Source of the DNA: Paramecium tetraurelia
Lineage: Eukaryota
Direction: 5' to 3'
NCBI GenBank assembly: GCA_000165425.1
Contig: CT868574.1
Coordinates: forward strand, 186,001-250,000
Length of the DNA: 64,000 nucleotides
Positions 41,199 to 53,848 of the stretch are shown here, piece by piece (the first letter of the stretch is position 1; each line of letters starts with the position of its first letter). Position numbers and translations under genes: made by a program. The notes under the pieces were generated by a model. That model was not told the origin of the DNA. It saw only the letters and a program-made list of their open reading frames with translations, and searched no databases.

Positions 41199-44100
41199 TC
41201 ATAACTAAGAATCCAAAATCTTCCTTACTCTCTTTATTTTTGAGGAAACAAAGCATTTTATAGTGTAATGAATTGGTTTACTTTTTTTGGTTCTACGGAA
41301 TTTGTTCATTCTAAAATATACAATTAATTTGTACCTGATAATTACATTATCGTAGTTATTATGTGGGTTATAATGCTTAAATAAATGCATCTTTTCGAAT
41401 CTATTAAACACAACATCGTTATATTAATAGTGATGATTCTAATCATAAATAAAATTCATACCTCTGGAGTGTTGATTATTTAGAACTGGGACATCTAATT
41501 TAGAATGCTTACTTTAGTGCCTGTTTTAGTACTTTTTTTTCTGTTTGTGTGCCTCTACTGTTCTGAAAGTGATTGATCACTATGCGATCCTCTTTCTTCC
41601 TTCTTTTTTTATGGCGGAGGTTATTGAAATTGAGTAGGGGAAACTCTAGCAGATTTAGTATTAGCCTTAGAATTACTTGAGGGATTATTAGATAAATTAT
41701 TAGATAGAGGATTCGAATAGGTGTTGGAACGATTGGATGTTTGTCTTATTGAATTCTATTATTGTTATTGATATTGAATTTGATCATCAATTTATCCTGA
41801 TTGTTGTTGCTGATAACGAAAGGTGAGTTTAGCATGCATAGAACGAGCAGCAGTATAAAGATGGTGGTTTTTCTTTGCGAATGCTTGTGAACCACTGCTC
41901 TACTTGCTCAATTGATTGGTCTCCTCTTGTTTTGAATTAAGAGAGTCAAATTACTTACTTTAAGATTGTTCAGTAATCACTTGCAATTTTTCTTTATGTA
42001 AGTTTTCTAAGAATGCTTGCTTAAATTAGTACCTAGAGTTTCAGACATGAAGGGAAATCCTGCAGTTCTTAAGGTAGTCTTGTTCTATTGTTTTCTTAAC
42101 TGATTGCTAAGTAATGGATCGACGGCTAGCTCCTCATAGAGTTGATCTTCCTCGCTGTCTGGATTCTCGCTTAATTGCTCAGGACTATATTTGTGCACGG
42201 ATTGGGTTTTACTCAAATAGCTGGCGGATTGCTAGGTCTAATCTATGTAGATTTAATATATATTTATATCAAGAGTATAAATACTTTCACTGTATGGTAG
42301 TTGAGATGACATAGGGAAGTCTTCGGATGTCATTACTTCCTATGATAATTTCTGCTAATATTGTTTGGCTCGTTCCCCCACAATAAATAACATCGAAAGA
42401 GCCTTTGGTTCCTTATTCTTTCTGTCAATTTTATAGCGTTATTGTGGATGAGGGTAAATATGCTTCTCAATGACGTTTAGTTTTTTAGGATAATACTACA
42501 AGTATTGGCATTCAAATAACAAATGACCCTTGATTTTGCAATAATTGCATTCGAACATATTATGATTCTAGTAACAATTGTCCTTGAATAAACAAAAAAT
42601 CTCATTGTCCTAAGGGTAGGTTTTAATGATTTCTAAGAAATCTGATCTTCTCAATTTTAACACTGTGGTCAATCCCTGACTATTGATTGAAATATAAGGA
42701 GGAATCCCACTTACGAATGAGAACTCTCCAAAAGTTTGTCCTTCCGATAATGTATGAAAGGTCCTCTTGGGTTTGCCTTGGAAATACCCCTAAAATTGAA
42801 TCTTCACTTTCCCTTTCAAAATAAAGTAGAGACAGAAATCTTCAACTTAATGTTCCTATGTAATACTAGTTTGAATGTCTTACCTAGACAATATTCTCCT
42901 CGGGATTGTATTGTGCAATATCAAACCAGTAAATCAGTTGTTACTTCAAACTGGATGAGAACTTCTCGAACAATCTGATCTTATCGACCATCTTAGAACG
43001 AATAGAAACTTAGAGTTCTTCCTAAAGCCCTGGTGACAACTTCTTTGATAAAAGTTCTCTCGTCTTAGTTATGTCTTCCTAATCTTAGATAGACGATAGA
43101 CATTACATCGACCACATATTCCAAATATGAATAACAGCGACATTACAACCCATAATCAATTCTTTTGTCTTTAATTCCATTCAAAAAGGAAGCAAGATGT
43201 TTCTCTTTCTCCTCTTCTAACTTCATAGCCGGTTTGATCCAGATGAAAATGGCAGAGGCCGTGTAAATCATAGTAAACGAGCTAACGATCATAAAACCTT
43301 GTAAGAGCAAAGCATTTGATTGAGTGACATCAATAGATATAGCTCCATTATGAGTCAATAAGGATACAGCCAATGTGAGTGAATAATTTAGGTCTTCCTC
43401 GGAGTCTAAGAGACAAGCAAATGTCATAATCAAGGCCACCCAAAGAATCAATATGTACATTATTAATTAAGTGGAATTGTATATGTTTTCAAAGCGTTCT
43501 GATTGTCTAACCAATTGCAATGCGATATAAGGAATGAGGAGGTATTTTATCTCATATTAGTATGGGAAGATTAAGACTATGGCTGACACTAGTCGACTCA
43601 AATCGAGTATGATTTTGGTTTGATCAACATATTCAAGATTAAACTTACCCTCACTCAGATGGAAGGGTCCTCGTTTAAAATAAATATCAGCTATAATTTG
43701 GATTAGTGCCAAACAGTGGGTAATGTAAGCAGGTATCTTGAAGCCTGGCTCTTTGGCTATGTGTATGGGGATGAATATGGAAGATGTGAGGATTATGGCT
43801 GAGGTCAAGGTGAAATAGCAGAAGGTGAACCACTTATACAGTTAGGGTTTGACTACATATAATTAAACGTATTTACCTTAGGTTGAATCGTCTATCAAAG
43901 TGATGTCTTTTAATTGGCTCCAATTGATGTTTGGTCTCATCTTCTGAATAAATTTGGTCACTATATTCTTCACGTGAATTGAATTGAGAGTGACAGATTT
44001 CATTTTATCCATCACTTCCGATTGCAACTAGAATAAATATTTCAATCTTACAGATTCGGAGTACTATGAATCCTGTGGGTCCAATACTGAAACATCCATC

Positions 44101-44423
44101 AATCTACTATCACTATTATAAACTCTTATTTTTTATTCAATTTGAAAAGGGTTCTTTTCAAGGCTGTTGTTCGAGTGCATGTTCGTATAGATTGTGGGTA
44201 TTTTCATATCACTCCCACTGCCATCCACTGGCTGTTTGATTGATGAATTCTTAAATTTGTTGATCAACTCTGGCATATTCACACTTGAAGAAGACTGCTC
44301 CTCGTCTTCTTCTTGGATCGATTCACTATTCTGGTAACCCATGGTCCTTGATACTCGTCTTTGAGGAATGTTTTCAATCGGGTCAAGGTCTTAAAATTCT
44401 TCAAATTTCTTAGATAACTACAT
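41199..44423 (-). CDS. Cyclic-nucleotide-binding-domain (KCNH/CNG/HCN-like) 6-TM channel protein with a non-canonical pore
   Basis: TM segments, a C-linker (CYSYLEYVVDV...KKLSPGLQEEL), a CNBD (TLSEGQTFGEFSFVSGIPPYISISSQGLTTVLKLRRSDFLEIIK...DNEIFCLFKD), a ciliate-typical CNYCKIKGHLLFECQYL zinc knuckle, and a C-terminal FEKMHLFKHYNPHNNYDNVI motif. Confidence 0.82.
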
Positions 44424-44448
44424 TATATATTAAAAATCATTCTTTAAA

Positions 44449-45581
44449 ATGAAAACTCATTCTGTTTATCCTCTAATTGAGGACCCTCTCCCATTCCCAC
44501 TTCTTAATGATACGTTCTTCAGTGAATATTCTCAAGATCCAAAACTTATAGGCAGCTTGAATCAAGAGATGCTGCATCTCAATCATAAGTGCTCCTACAA
44601 ATGGCTAAATTAGCCAAGAAACGAGTGGAATTTTGAGAACGATATTAGAATGCTCGTCATAACATGGAACATGCATGGCATGATACCCAACCATTCCCTA
44701 AAACGACTTTTCAATATTGATATATTGCATCATGATTTAATAGTTGTTGGAACATAAGAGTGTCAACGTAGTATAGTTACTTCAATATTTTGTGAATCAA
44801 AAAATGAGTGGGAAGTCAAATTACAGAATGAATTAGGAAAATCTTTTATAAAAGTATAATCAGCATCACTGAATGCAATGCATATCATAGTCTTCGCTCA
44901 TAAATCATTGATACCCAAAATAAGGAATGGTAAGTCTTACACTTTCTCTTAAGGTTTCATGGGAATTGTTGGTAATAAGGGAGGAATTGCAGTATCAATA
45001 AATATCAATGAAAAGATCTTCTTATTCATTAATAGTCATTTAGAAAGTGGGTAAAACTCTGAATCTAAAAGATAAACTTAATTTTCGAAATTGGAAACTC
45101 ATTTTGAAAGCTAAGTGTCTTCTAACCATAATCATGTCTAGTATGATTATCTTATTTGGACTGGAGATTTCAATTCTAGAATCGATGACAGGATAATTCC
45201 TTAAACAATCAAAACTCACTCTGATTTTTTTGGATGGCTAGGAAAGGATTAAATGTATCTTAGTCGTCGTAATAAATTAAGTAATTTTAGTTTAATACTC
45301 AAGACTACTAATCTTAATTTTAAGAAGGAATGATCTTTTTTCCACCAACATACAAATTGCTATAATACTATAATTCTTGGGCTGTAGATTAAGATTTCAG
45401 AGTTCCAGGTTGGTGTGATAGAATTCTCTTTAAAGAAAATAAAAAAATGACGTTGCAATCCACCTAATAAAGTTTTCAAGAAATAACTTCTAAATTGAAA
45501 CTTTAAAACTATGATGCCAACTTTGACCTCTTAGGTAGTGATCATCGACCTGTATTTGCTTAATTCACAATAGCACTTTGA
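44449..45581 (+). CDS. Inositol polyphosphate 5-phosphatase
   Basis: RMLVITWNMHG, IVVGTQEC, GNKGGIAV, FINSHL, IWTGDFNSRI, FPPTYK, RVPGWCDRILF, GSDHRPVFAQF. Confidence 0.92.
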
Positions 45582-45622
45582 AATATTTTAAAGTATTTTC
45601 TATTCATAAATATGACAAATAT

Positions 45623-48243
45623 TCATTCAATAATAATACTCTCTTAAAAGAGCACCATAAGTCCAGGATTGTCAGCTAAGAAAGATCTTAATGATTGTGA
45701 ATCCAAGAAAATAATCTCAGTATCTTCCACCGCCTCAACTATTGTAGAAGTTCTTCTGTTTCTAACAATGGAATCAATTTCTCCAAAGAACATTCCACTT
45801 GTCAAAGGATAAGTCTAATTAATAATGCATTCGATAATATACTTTTATTTCATTTATTGAAGATTTCTCTGATACCTCTGGAGTTTAGATACTTGGTTTT
45901 TATTATTCAAGCATTGCTAAATTGATGGGCAAAGAAAGTCTCTTCTTTTTCTAATCAATAATCTATTATTGTTATTTGTTATGATCACTTGTGGTGGATT
46001 CTTATCGATTAACCTTAACCGATTATCCTTCATATTACTGAACAACATAATCAGAAGGTAAAATAACTTGTGCCTTGCCAGAAACTACAAAAAATGCTAC
46101 TGAAGCCATAACCCCATATTATTGAATCATAGAATGTTTTTAGAAAAATCGTTTCTGGTTCGATATCATTTCTAATTGAATCTTCTAATATGAGGTTAAT
46201 TACGAAAAGAATTTATTTCTTTCCATGATTTATATCTATGAACGCACTACTTAAAGGTTCTCTAATTTCTGCATCACTTCCCCATATTAGAATATCCTCA
46301 AAAAGTCTGCCTTACTCAAAGTTATTAATTCGCATTAATTCATAGCAGTGGCATTGGCTCTTCTCTTATTTTAATTGAAGAAACATCCTTCACCAAAATA
46401 ATCACCATAATGCATATATTTAACAAAAACAGGATTATCAGAGTGTATTTTGACAGTGCCTTTGCGAATTATATAAAACTCACTTCCAACCTCATCTTAA
46501 ACACAGATATTTTAGTTCTATTCATAAGTGTTAATGGTTGAACTCTCAAAAATCTATCTTACTTAATGGATATTAGCATGTTTAAACAAATCTATGTTTT
46601 CAATCAAACTTAATTCTTAAATTGTATTTAATCTAGAATCTTCAGATGATTAAATTATAACAATTGTGTTTTCTAAGCCTACTCCTGGAACTCTTAATCC
46701 AGAATCAGGAGGGATATCCTTGGCTGCAGTATGAATTAATCTTAAATTTTCCTTAACTTCTGGTGGAAGTAAGGCCAACAATTTAGCAGGAGTGTGAATA
46801 GGAGGTACACCAGCTTCATGCAAGATGAGAGAATTCTTCCATTTATCTTCACTCATCAAAAAATTGTACCTTGATTCTGAAATGACTCCTTTCTCAAAAA
46901 TTGCTTTTAATCCATTTGGTTCATAAAATGTGTCCCCACTGAAATAGATTGATTTACCACCTAATCGTACTGTAAAGGACAAACAAGGAATACTATGGAG
47001 TGAATAGTGAAATTCAAATGAGGCTCCGTTTATTTTTAAAGGATTTCCTACTATAACTCTCTCAAAATTAAAAAGGGATTCAATATAATCGACTGAAAAT
47101 CCAGTCATTGCAGCATATTTCCTAACAAAACTCTCTTTAATTGTGGCAGTACTAATTAATACTGTTTTTTCAGACTCTAATAGTTTTTAAAATGTTCCTG
47201 CATCATGATCAGCATGATTATGAGATATAATTACCCACTTCACCAATCTACTTGGTATTCCATTCTTCCTCAAGAGAAGTGTTGTGAAAGGAGGTGGATC
47301 TAGCATTACTCCCAAACCATTTATCCAAAAGATGTAACCTGATACAGAACCCTTTGGATCAAATCCATGTGAACAACCCAAATACTGTCACTCCAAAAGT
47401 AGGAGGAGTGAATGTCTATTCAAAGTAATGCTCAACATATTATTAATCATTGGGATTACTGAACAACCCATACTTTATATATGCATTAGATTTAACATCA
47501 TCAATCATGATTTCCACTTTGTTTTTCATCTTAGCTATCTATTTTCCATTTTCAAATATCAAAAATTTCTAATCTACTTTCTTTACTATCACATCCTAAC
47601 CTAAATTGACTTGATTTTGTTCATCAAAAATTACAAAATTGATCAATAAGTCTACAGTCAAGGGTTCACTAGGATTAAAGGGATTTTTTGCAAAATGTCC
47701 TAATTCCTTCACTATGTCTGGTTTGCCATTATAATCGTTGCTAAAATCTTAATCAAATTTGGATAAATCTTTTGGTCCAAGTAATGTTTCCTGAAATATT
47801 GCTCTGATTGCTTCTTCCCCTTCCTTATCAGTAATTAGAGTCACTCTCCTTCTCTTTACAAAAAAACTGAAATAAGCTGGGAATTCAAATTCAGCAACAG
47901 ACAAACAAAATCTTTTATCAAATCGGTGAGAGGGCACAATAAATATACCTGGCACATCTAAACCTAAGTTGATACTGTCTTTCAAAGTTTCAGGAACCAT
48001 ACTGAACTGTATGGCACCTGCTTTAGTCATTATAACACTCCCTCCTCTGGGCAGTTTAATTTTGTTTGATATGTCACTCTCAGAAAACTACGACTCTGAT
48101 TTTAGAAGTATTGGGTTTTTTATTTGATTCGATTATCTGGCATCCTCGCTTTGACTCTCATTCTCAGTACCATCATCATGATGGGAACTAGTCATAGAAG
48201 CATATTCAAGCACTTCTTACTCATTAACAAAATGACAAGCCAT
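45623..48243 (-). CDS. Metallo-beta-lactamase-fold cyclic-nucleotide phosphodiesterase with two C-terminal cNMP-binding domains (Dictyostelium PdeD/PdeE-like); 1-nt frameshift at about 47381
   Basis: LPRGGSV, PETLKDS, AEFEFP, PPTFGVTV/LGCSHGFDPKG, MLDPP, ISHNHADHDAG (HxHxDH), YSLHSIPC, YFSGDT, LHEAGVPPIHTP. cNMP domains YGDYFGE...RRANATA and GMFFGEI. Confidence 0.85.
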
Positions 48244-48369
48244 TTTAATCTGATAAAAATTATTAATCTGAACACAATCTAAGTAATATAAATGATTTCA
48301 TTAGTTTTTTAGAATATCTTTATAAGTGTCTAATTTATATATTTATTAAAAAGGGATTATAAACTTATT

Positions 48370-49875
48370 ATGAATTAATCATAAGAATTTTAAGTTTAGA
48401 AGTTTTTTGAGCCGTCTCAAGATGTCATCAAAATGATTGCCTAAAATGAATTCCTCTACATTGCATATGCGAATGAGATTATTGTGCTGTCACTTAAGCG
48501 TTTAACTCAAAGAAAGGACATTATTAAAAAAAAAATTAGCATTCCTAAATTTCAAACATTTGATGCTCTAACTAGTGCTTTTAATGACAACGAGCAAACT
48601 AAGTTTATTGCATTAGCTTATCGTGAGGGTTCGTATCCCATATTGTATAGCAGCAATCTTGAAAAAAGAATTATTTCACTTAATTCTGAATAGCCATAAA
48701 TAAAGGATTTCTATGTTATGTAAGAATAAGTGGTTGTATTGTGGAATAATGGCGCTTTGGTTACAGACCAATAATTCATGTTTGATAACGTGAAAGCAAT
48801 TGCATGTTGGAATAACAATTTGGCTGTGTATAGAAATAATGAACTCTTGATTGGAAATATAAAATTAACTTTGAATTAGGAGTATAAGGATGAAATGATG
48901 TATTCACGTTCTATTTTAGTTTTATACAATTCCTCTTCAATTCTAATTTATGATGACAAAAGCACATTTGAAATCCCATTTCCTGGAGCCTTACAAATAG
49001 AAATTATTGATGAAAACACCCTATATATATTATGTGGAACTTAAATACAGAGTCTAAAAATTAGAACCTAGGAAAAACAGATAAAACTGTAAATGTCCTT
49101 CATGAGTAAGTTTTATCCAATCAATGAGTAAGACTTCTTATTCAAGAATGGTAAAATCTTGATCAATAATAAATGGAGCACTAGAAATAGAGTGATTTCG
49201 GTGTGCAAATCATACAACCAAGTCTTAGAATTTGCTTGTCTCAAAGAACAAGTCGGATAATCAATAAATTGTGTCATTTTGGAAAAGGATCCACAAGAAG
49301 TTTTCAGACTCATGATTCAACCTTAATTGAGTAGCAATTTTTAGTAACCACTTGACATCAATGATTTCAAAATCTATTACTATTATGCCAAAAAGGAATT
49401 TATGTGTCTAGAAATAGCAAAACAATTATATGAAAAAAAAAGGAAAGCTTAGGATTTATAGCTGCAATCGTATAAATTTGAAGACTTATAAAAATCAACT
49501 AGCAGAGCTATTTTAAATTTATTGATGTTGATGGAATAACATGAAGTCTACAAAGACTTTTATAATCATGTCTATATTACTTATCTTGAGTCAATCAAAC
49601 CAACCAACGATAAAATTAAAATTTAGATTGCTGCAGTCAAAAATAAGTTTGTACCTAGTCTCTTGAGAAAAGAGGATGTTTGTCCAATCTGTAAACAATA
49701 ATTAATAACATGGGTTACATGTCCAACTCATCGATTTATTAGATGTTAAACCACACTTGAACCAGTATATTAATAATAACTTTATGTTTGCAAAGGCTGT
49801 GACTTGCAATCTGTAGAGTCCATTAAGGTTTGTCCAGTGTGTGGTTGTGAGATGAAAAGATTATTAAAATTATGA
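48370..49875 (+). CDS. Beta-propeller-like protein with a C-terminal Cys-rich zinc module resembling TFIIIC subunit 4 (GTF3C4/Tfc8)
   Basis: Single-exon 501-codon ORF ending CPICKQQLITWVTCPTHRFIRCQTTLEPV...YVCKGCDLQ...VCPVCGCEM. Confidence 0.6.
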
Positions 49876-50505
49876 ATATAATTAACTAATACATTAATAA
49901 TATAAGTAAGAATTTCATCAGACTTAAAATTTATAATCAACATAAAAATAATTTTTATTGAATTGATATTTAAGAATATAAAAATATATATAATACAATA
50001 CAGACTTTCCAGTATTGAGTGGTATATGGGGTTTGATAGTTAATTATGCTAGTAGTACAATTATTATGTATCTACATAAAAATTTTCATTTTAAGTTTAA
50101 TCATAATTAAACATTAAGAGCTAATAGATTGTTTTTATGTTATTATTCAATAAGCGGATGTTTAAATTCTGTTTTAAATCAATGTAAAATTTATTGATCT
50201 ACAGTTGCTGTCCTATTGTAATTTATAGTGAACAATCTAAGAAATTTGAGATCACTATTTTTTTGAATTTGAGACTTAGTTTTTATTTTTTATCGAGTGA
50301 GTAGTTGTCTTTGTAATGTTAGAAGGAATGATATTGATAATTTTGATATGTTTTAGAGTTTATATGATATCAAATGATAATATTGAGCTCTAAAAATAGT
50401 ATTGAAATAATGATGATTAACTAAATAAAAAATGCGTCACTTTAATATAAGTTTAAAAGATAATACGCATGTTAATAGGCACTAATTAAGGAAATTTATC
50501 AATTT

Positions 50506-51527
50506 ATGATCTAATTTATAAATATCCAGCAAATGCACTCTCTTCACGTTAAGCTTAGTGATGAACCAGAACTCTCAGCAGTATGTTCAGCTTTACTTCT
50601 TGCATTCATTGAAAACTCCAGAGTATTGAGATACTGTTCTGGAGGTGGAGACTATACAAACACCCAAAATGATTTCGGAGATCATCAATTAGAAATGGAT
50701 GTACAATGCGAATTGAATGTCAATACAGAATTGAAGAAAACAGGATTTGTTAGCCACACCGCAAGTGAAGAAACCCCAGAAGTAAAAATGAATTCTAATT
50801 TTTTATAGATGAAGCTACTTTCTGAAGGTGGAAAGTATATAGTGACATTTGATCCATTGGACGGAAGTTCAATTATAGGAACCAACTTTGCAGTGGGCAC
50901 AATAGTTGCCATTTGGAAATCCGATGAAAAACTATTAATTGGAAAAAAAGGTAGAGACATGGTTTCTGCTTGTTGTTGTTTATATGGAAGCAGAACAAAC
51001 GTTGTGTTCTGGAATGAGAAGGAATAGAAGGTCTAAGAATACACATTATTTGGTATGGCATTAATTTTGATTATGTAGATGGCGATAAGTAGGGACATTG
51101 GGAATTGACTAAGGATAATATTAAGATCAAGCCAAAAGGCAAGTTGTTCAGTCCAGGAAACACAAGATGCATAGCTGATCACATCCCCTACAGAGAAGTC
51201 GTAGATTATTGGATTCATAATGGCTACACATTGAGATATTCAGGTGGAATGGCTCCAGATATTTGCTAGATCTTCTTGAAAGAAGTAGGAGTTTTCTCAT
51301 GTTTCGGTGATGCCAAATATCCATCGAAATTGAGATATCTTTATGAGTGTGCCCCACTCTCCTTCTTAACCGAGAAGGCCGACGGAAAGTCTTTCAATGG
51401 TAAACATTCTGTGCTTGACACTGAAATTACAGGATATCAATAGAAGAGTGAAATCATTGTGGGAAGTGCAGATGAGATCGAATTTTTCAAGAGTATCTGG
51501 ATTAAGCATGGACTTTTAAAAGAATGA
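50506..51527 (+). CDS. Sedoheptulose-1,7-bisphosphatase (FBPase/SBPase superfamily, SBPase-type motifs)
   Basis: [88 protein letters not shown]. Introns at 50782-50808 and about 51053-51078. Confidence 0.85.
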
Positions 51528-51552
51528 TGTGTTTATTGAATATTTTAAATTA

Positions 51553-53273
51553 TCAATAATAAATTCTAATCAATTCATTCAATTCTTATATAAGTTAAGG
51601 ATCTTTCACTTTCAAAAAGTTAACTATATTGATCTCATCAAATAATTGTTTCCGAGAATATAACGCAGATTAATTGCTTATTCCACTATTAACTATTTAT
51701 TGTTATTCAAATCTTTGCTGACTTGGAGTTTTCTTTAATTATTATAGTTTATTGATTGGCATTTCATTATGTAATTTTTCGCTGCTTTAACTACGGTTTA
51801 CTAATTAATCTCCTGATTTATCATTCTTGCTTCCTCCTGCACTCACTTATCTCAAGATTCTTGAAGAGCTCTTTGAATCCTTAGAAACAGAATACGATCT
51901 CTGTTGTTAAGGTTGTCTCTTGTCTAATTCATATTGAATAAACTGGTTTAAGGGACACTTGACATATTTCATTAAGAACTCAGTATTCATCAAAGACAAG
52001 TTGAGTTAGTTGATGCATCTTTCATAATCATTTGGATTTAACTAAGGCACTAGATCAATAGTGTTTTATAATAATACCAAATTCTAGAAGCAACTAGAAT
52101 GACTTCTCTTATGCTTGTTAAACTTAAGGAGTAGCAGCTAGCAGAATCAGACAATCATCCAGATCAAGTTTGCTTAGATTGTATGTAGGATTCAAATTGT
52201 AATAGAGATGATTTAAGCACAAAGTCAAAACTTGATCAGTATTAAGATATACAGTGAATTCCAATTTTTGTTAATCAAATTTATTTAGATCTATGTTTTA
52301 GTGCATAATCATATACCATTGAATTCACACAAGAGAATTTTATTCCCTTTGCTGGCTACTAAATTGACTAACTTCAATGGTTCTAGGCCGAATTGTGAAA
52401 GTTACAATTAGAAGTAAAGCGCGATGATTCTCAGATTCAATTCAGGATCAATATCTTCCAATTTAAGATAAATTTTCAAGACTTTATCTTCCATCTTGGC
52501 CACTAATTTCCATGTGAAATCTGAAAATTTAAACTATTAGGTTTCTTTGTTGATTATGGATGATAGATTCGATAACTTCCAATTAATACTAGGATGAGTT
52601 TGATAATTGATCTTCTTTGCTAACACCGTTTGTTTTTATTAAGTAATAATTTAAACAATGTCTTGGCAATTCCTTATCTTTTATACTATTTACAGGAGTT
52701 CAGGATTGTTCTTTTTGCGATAGTGTTTTAATGCTCTTTCTAATATCTCTTCAATGACTTTCTAGTTGATCTTGTTGAGATCAATTGGATTGGATTAATA
52801 TATCAAAAGTAAATTTCTTGCTGTAAAGTTCATACACACATTCAACATCTGATACCATACTTCTTGGGAATCCTGAATTAAATTAGATTATTACTTCGCA
52901 TGCTTTCAACTTTTTGAATGCCTCATTTAAAAACAAAATGCAATTTTAAACACTTACTCTGTCCAAAATGAGATCGCGAATGACGGTCTCTTAAAAGAAT
53001 TCCATCTACAAATGATCTCCTAACCATAATAGTCTTTGCAGAGTTTAATCAGTGTATTTTCGCTGAATATCCAGCTAATTGTTGAGGAACTATTGGAAAA
53101 CTGAGAAAGCTTCCATCGTTAACCATTTTGGCATTGTGGCAGTATACACCTTTTCATAAGATTAATCTGTTTACAAGCCCTTTTTTCTCAGTTTGGAGAG
53201 TCATGCTCAAACACTTGCTAGCTTCAATGTAATGAGTTTATCCTTCTACTACAAAGCAGACGAATTCAGACAT
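51553..53273 (-). CDS. BTB/BACK-like protein with a MATH-like segment
   Basis: LQRLLWLGDHLQMEFFQETVIRDLILDRVSVQNCILFLNEAFKK (BTB/BACK junction); INWKLSNL...KETQQFKFSDFTWKLVAK...LKIYLKL (MATH-like). TGA at 51553-51555. Confidence 0.6.
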
Positions 53274-53848
53274 ATATATTCGTTTATTTATTATATATAA
53301 AATAATTTCAAAAATTGTTTTAATTTCCTTTGCAATGAATAATTGATACAATAAAATAAAATGCATCCTCCTAGATGTTGAGATGATCCAGTAATACCAT
53401 TGAATCCAATTTGTATATTTTTGGTTGAGAATTCATAATTTCATTTGATTTAATATTTTTAGTATTACTAATTCAATCAACACTAAGAGATGATGAAATA
53501 TTTCTGAGGTTCTGATTTAATAATAATCTATTTTCTCTATTGTTTTATAATCACGAATTTTTAACTACTTGTCTTGCTATTTCAAATAATTTGCTTAATC
53601 CCCATTCTGTATTCTACTTATAGATATATTTAATCCATCTCTTTATCTCATATTTTTCATGCAAAATTTGAGTCAAGTAATTAAATTCATGATTTTTGTT
53701 CATAATATTAGGACATTTCAATTTGAATAGTTTAATACCCTACCCCAACAAGAATGAGTATCTGTCAAAAAATAGTGATGAATATATCTTGTTTTCCTTG
53801 ACCTAATAATAGTGATATATTAATTATATTTTATTTTCTAATAAATTG

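Noticed and set aside
50400..50480. ATGATGA (C-box-like) and a short ATGCGT/ACGCAT inverted repeat, suggesting a C/D snoRNA
   Set aside because: No CTGA D-box at a suitable distance, and the stem is only 6 bp.
53350..53810. Minus-strand ORF of about 50 codons (MNKNHEFNYL...) between the BTB gene and ARP8
   Set aside because: Short, interrupted by TGA, and with no recognisable homology.
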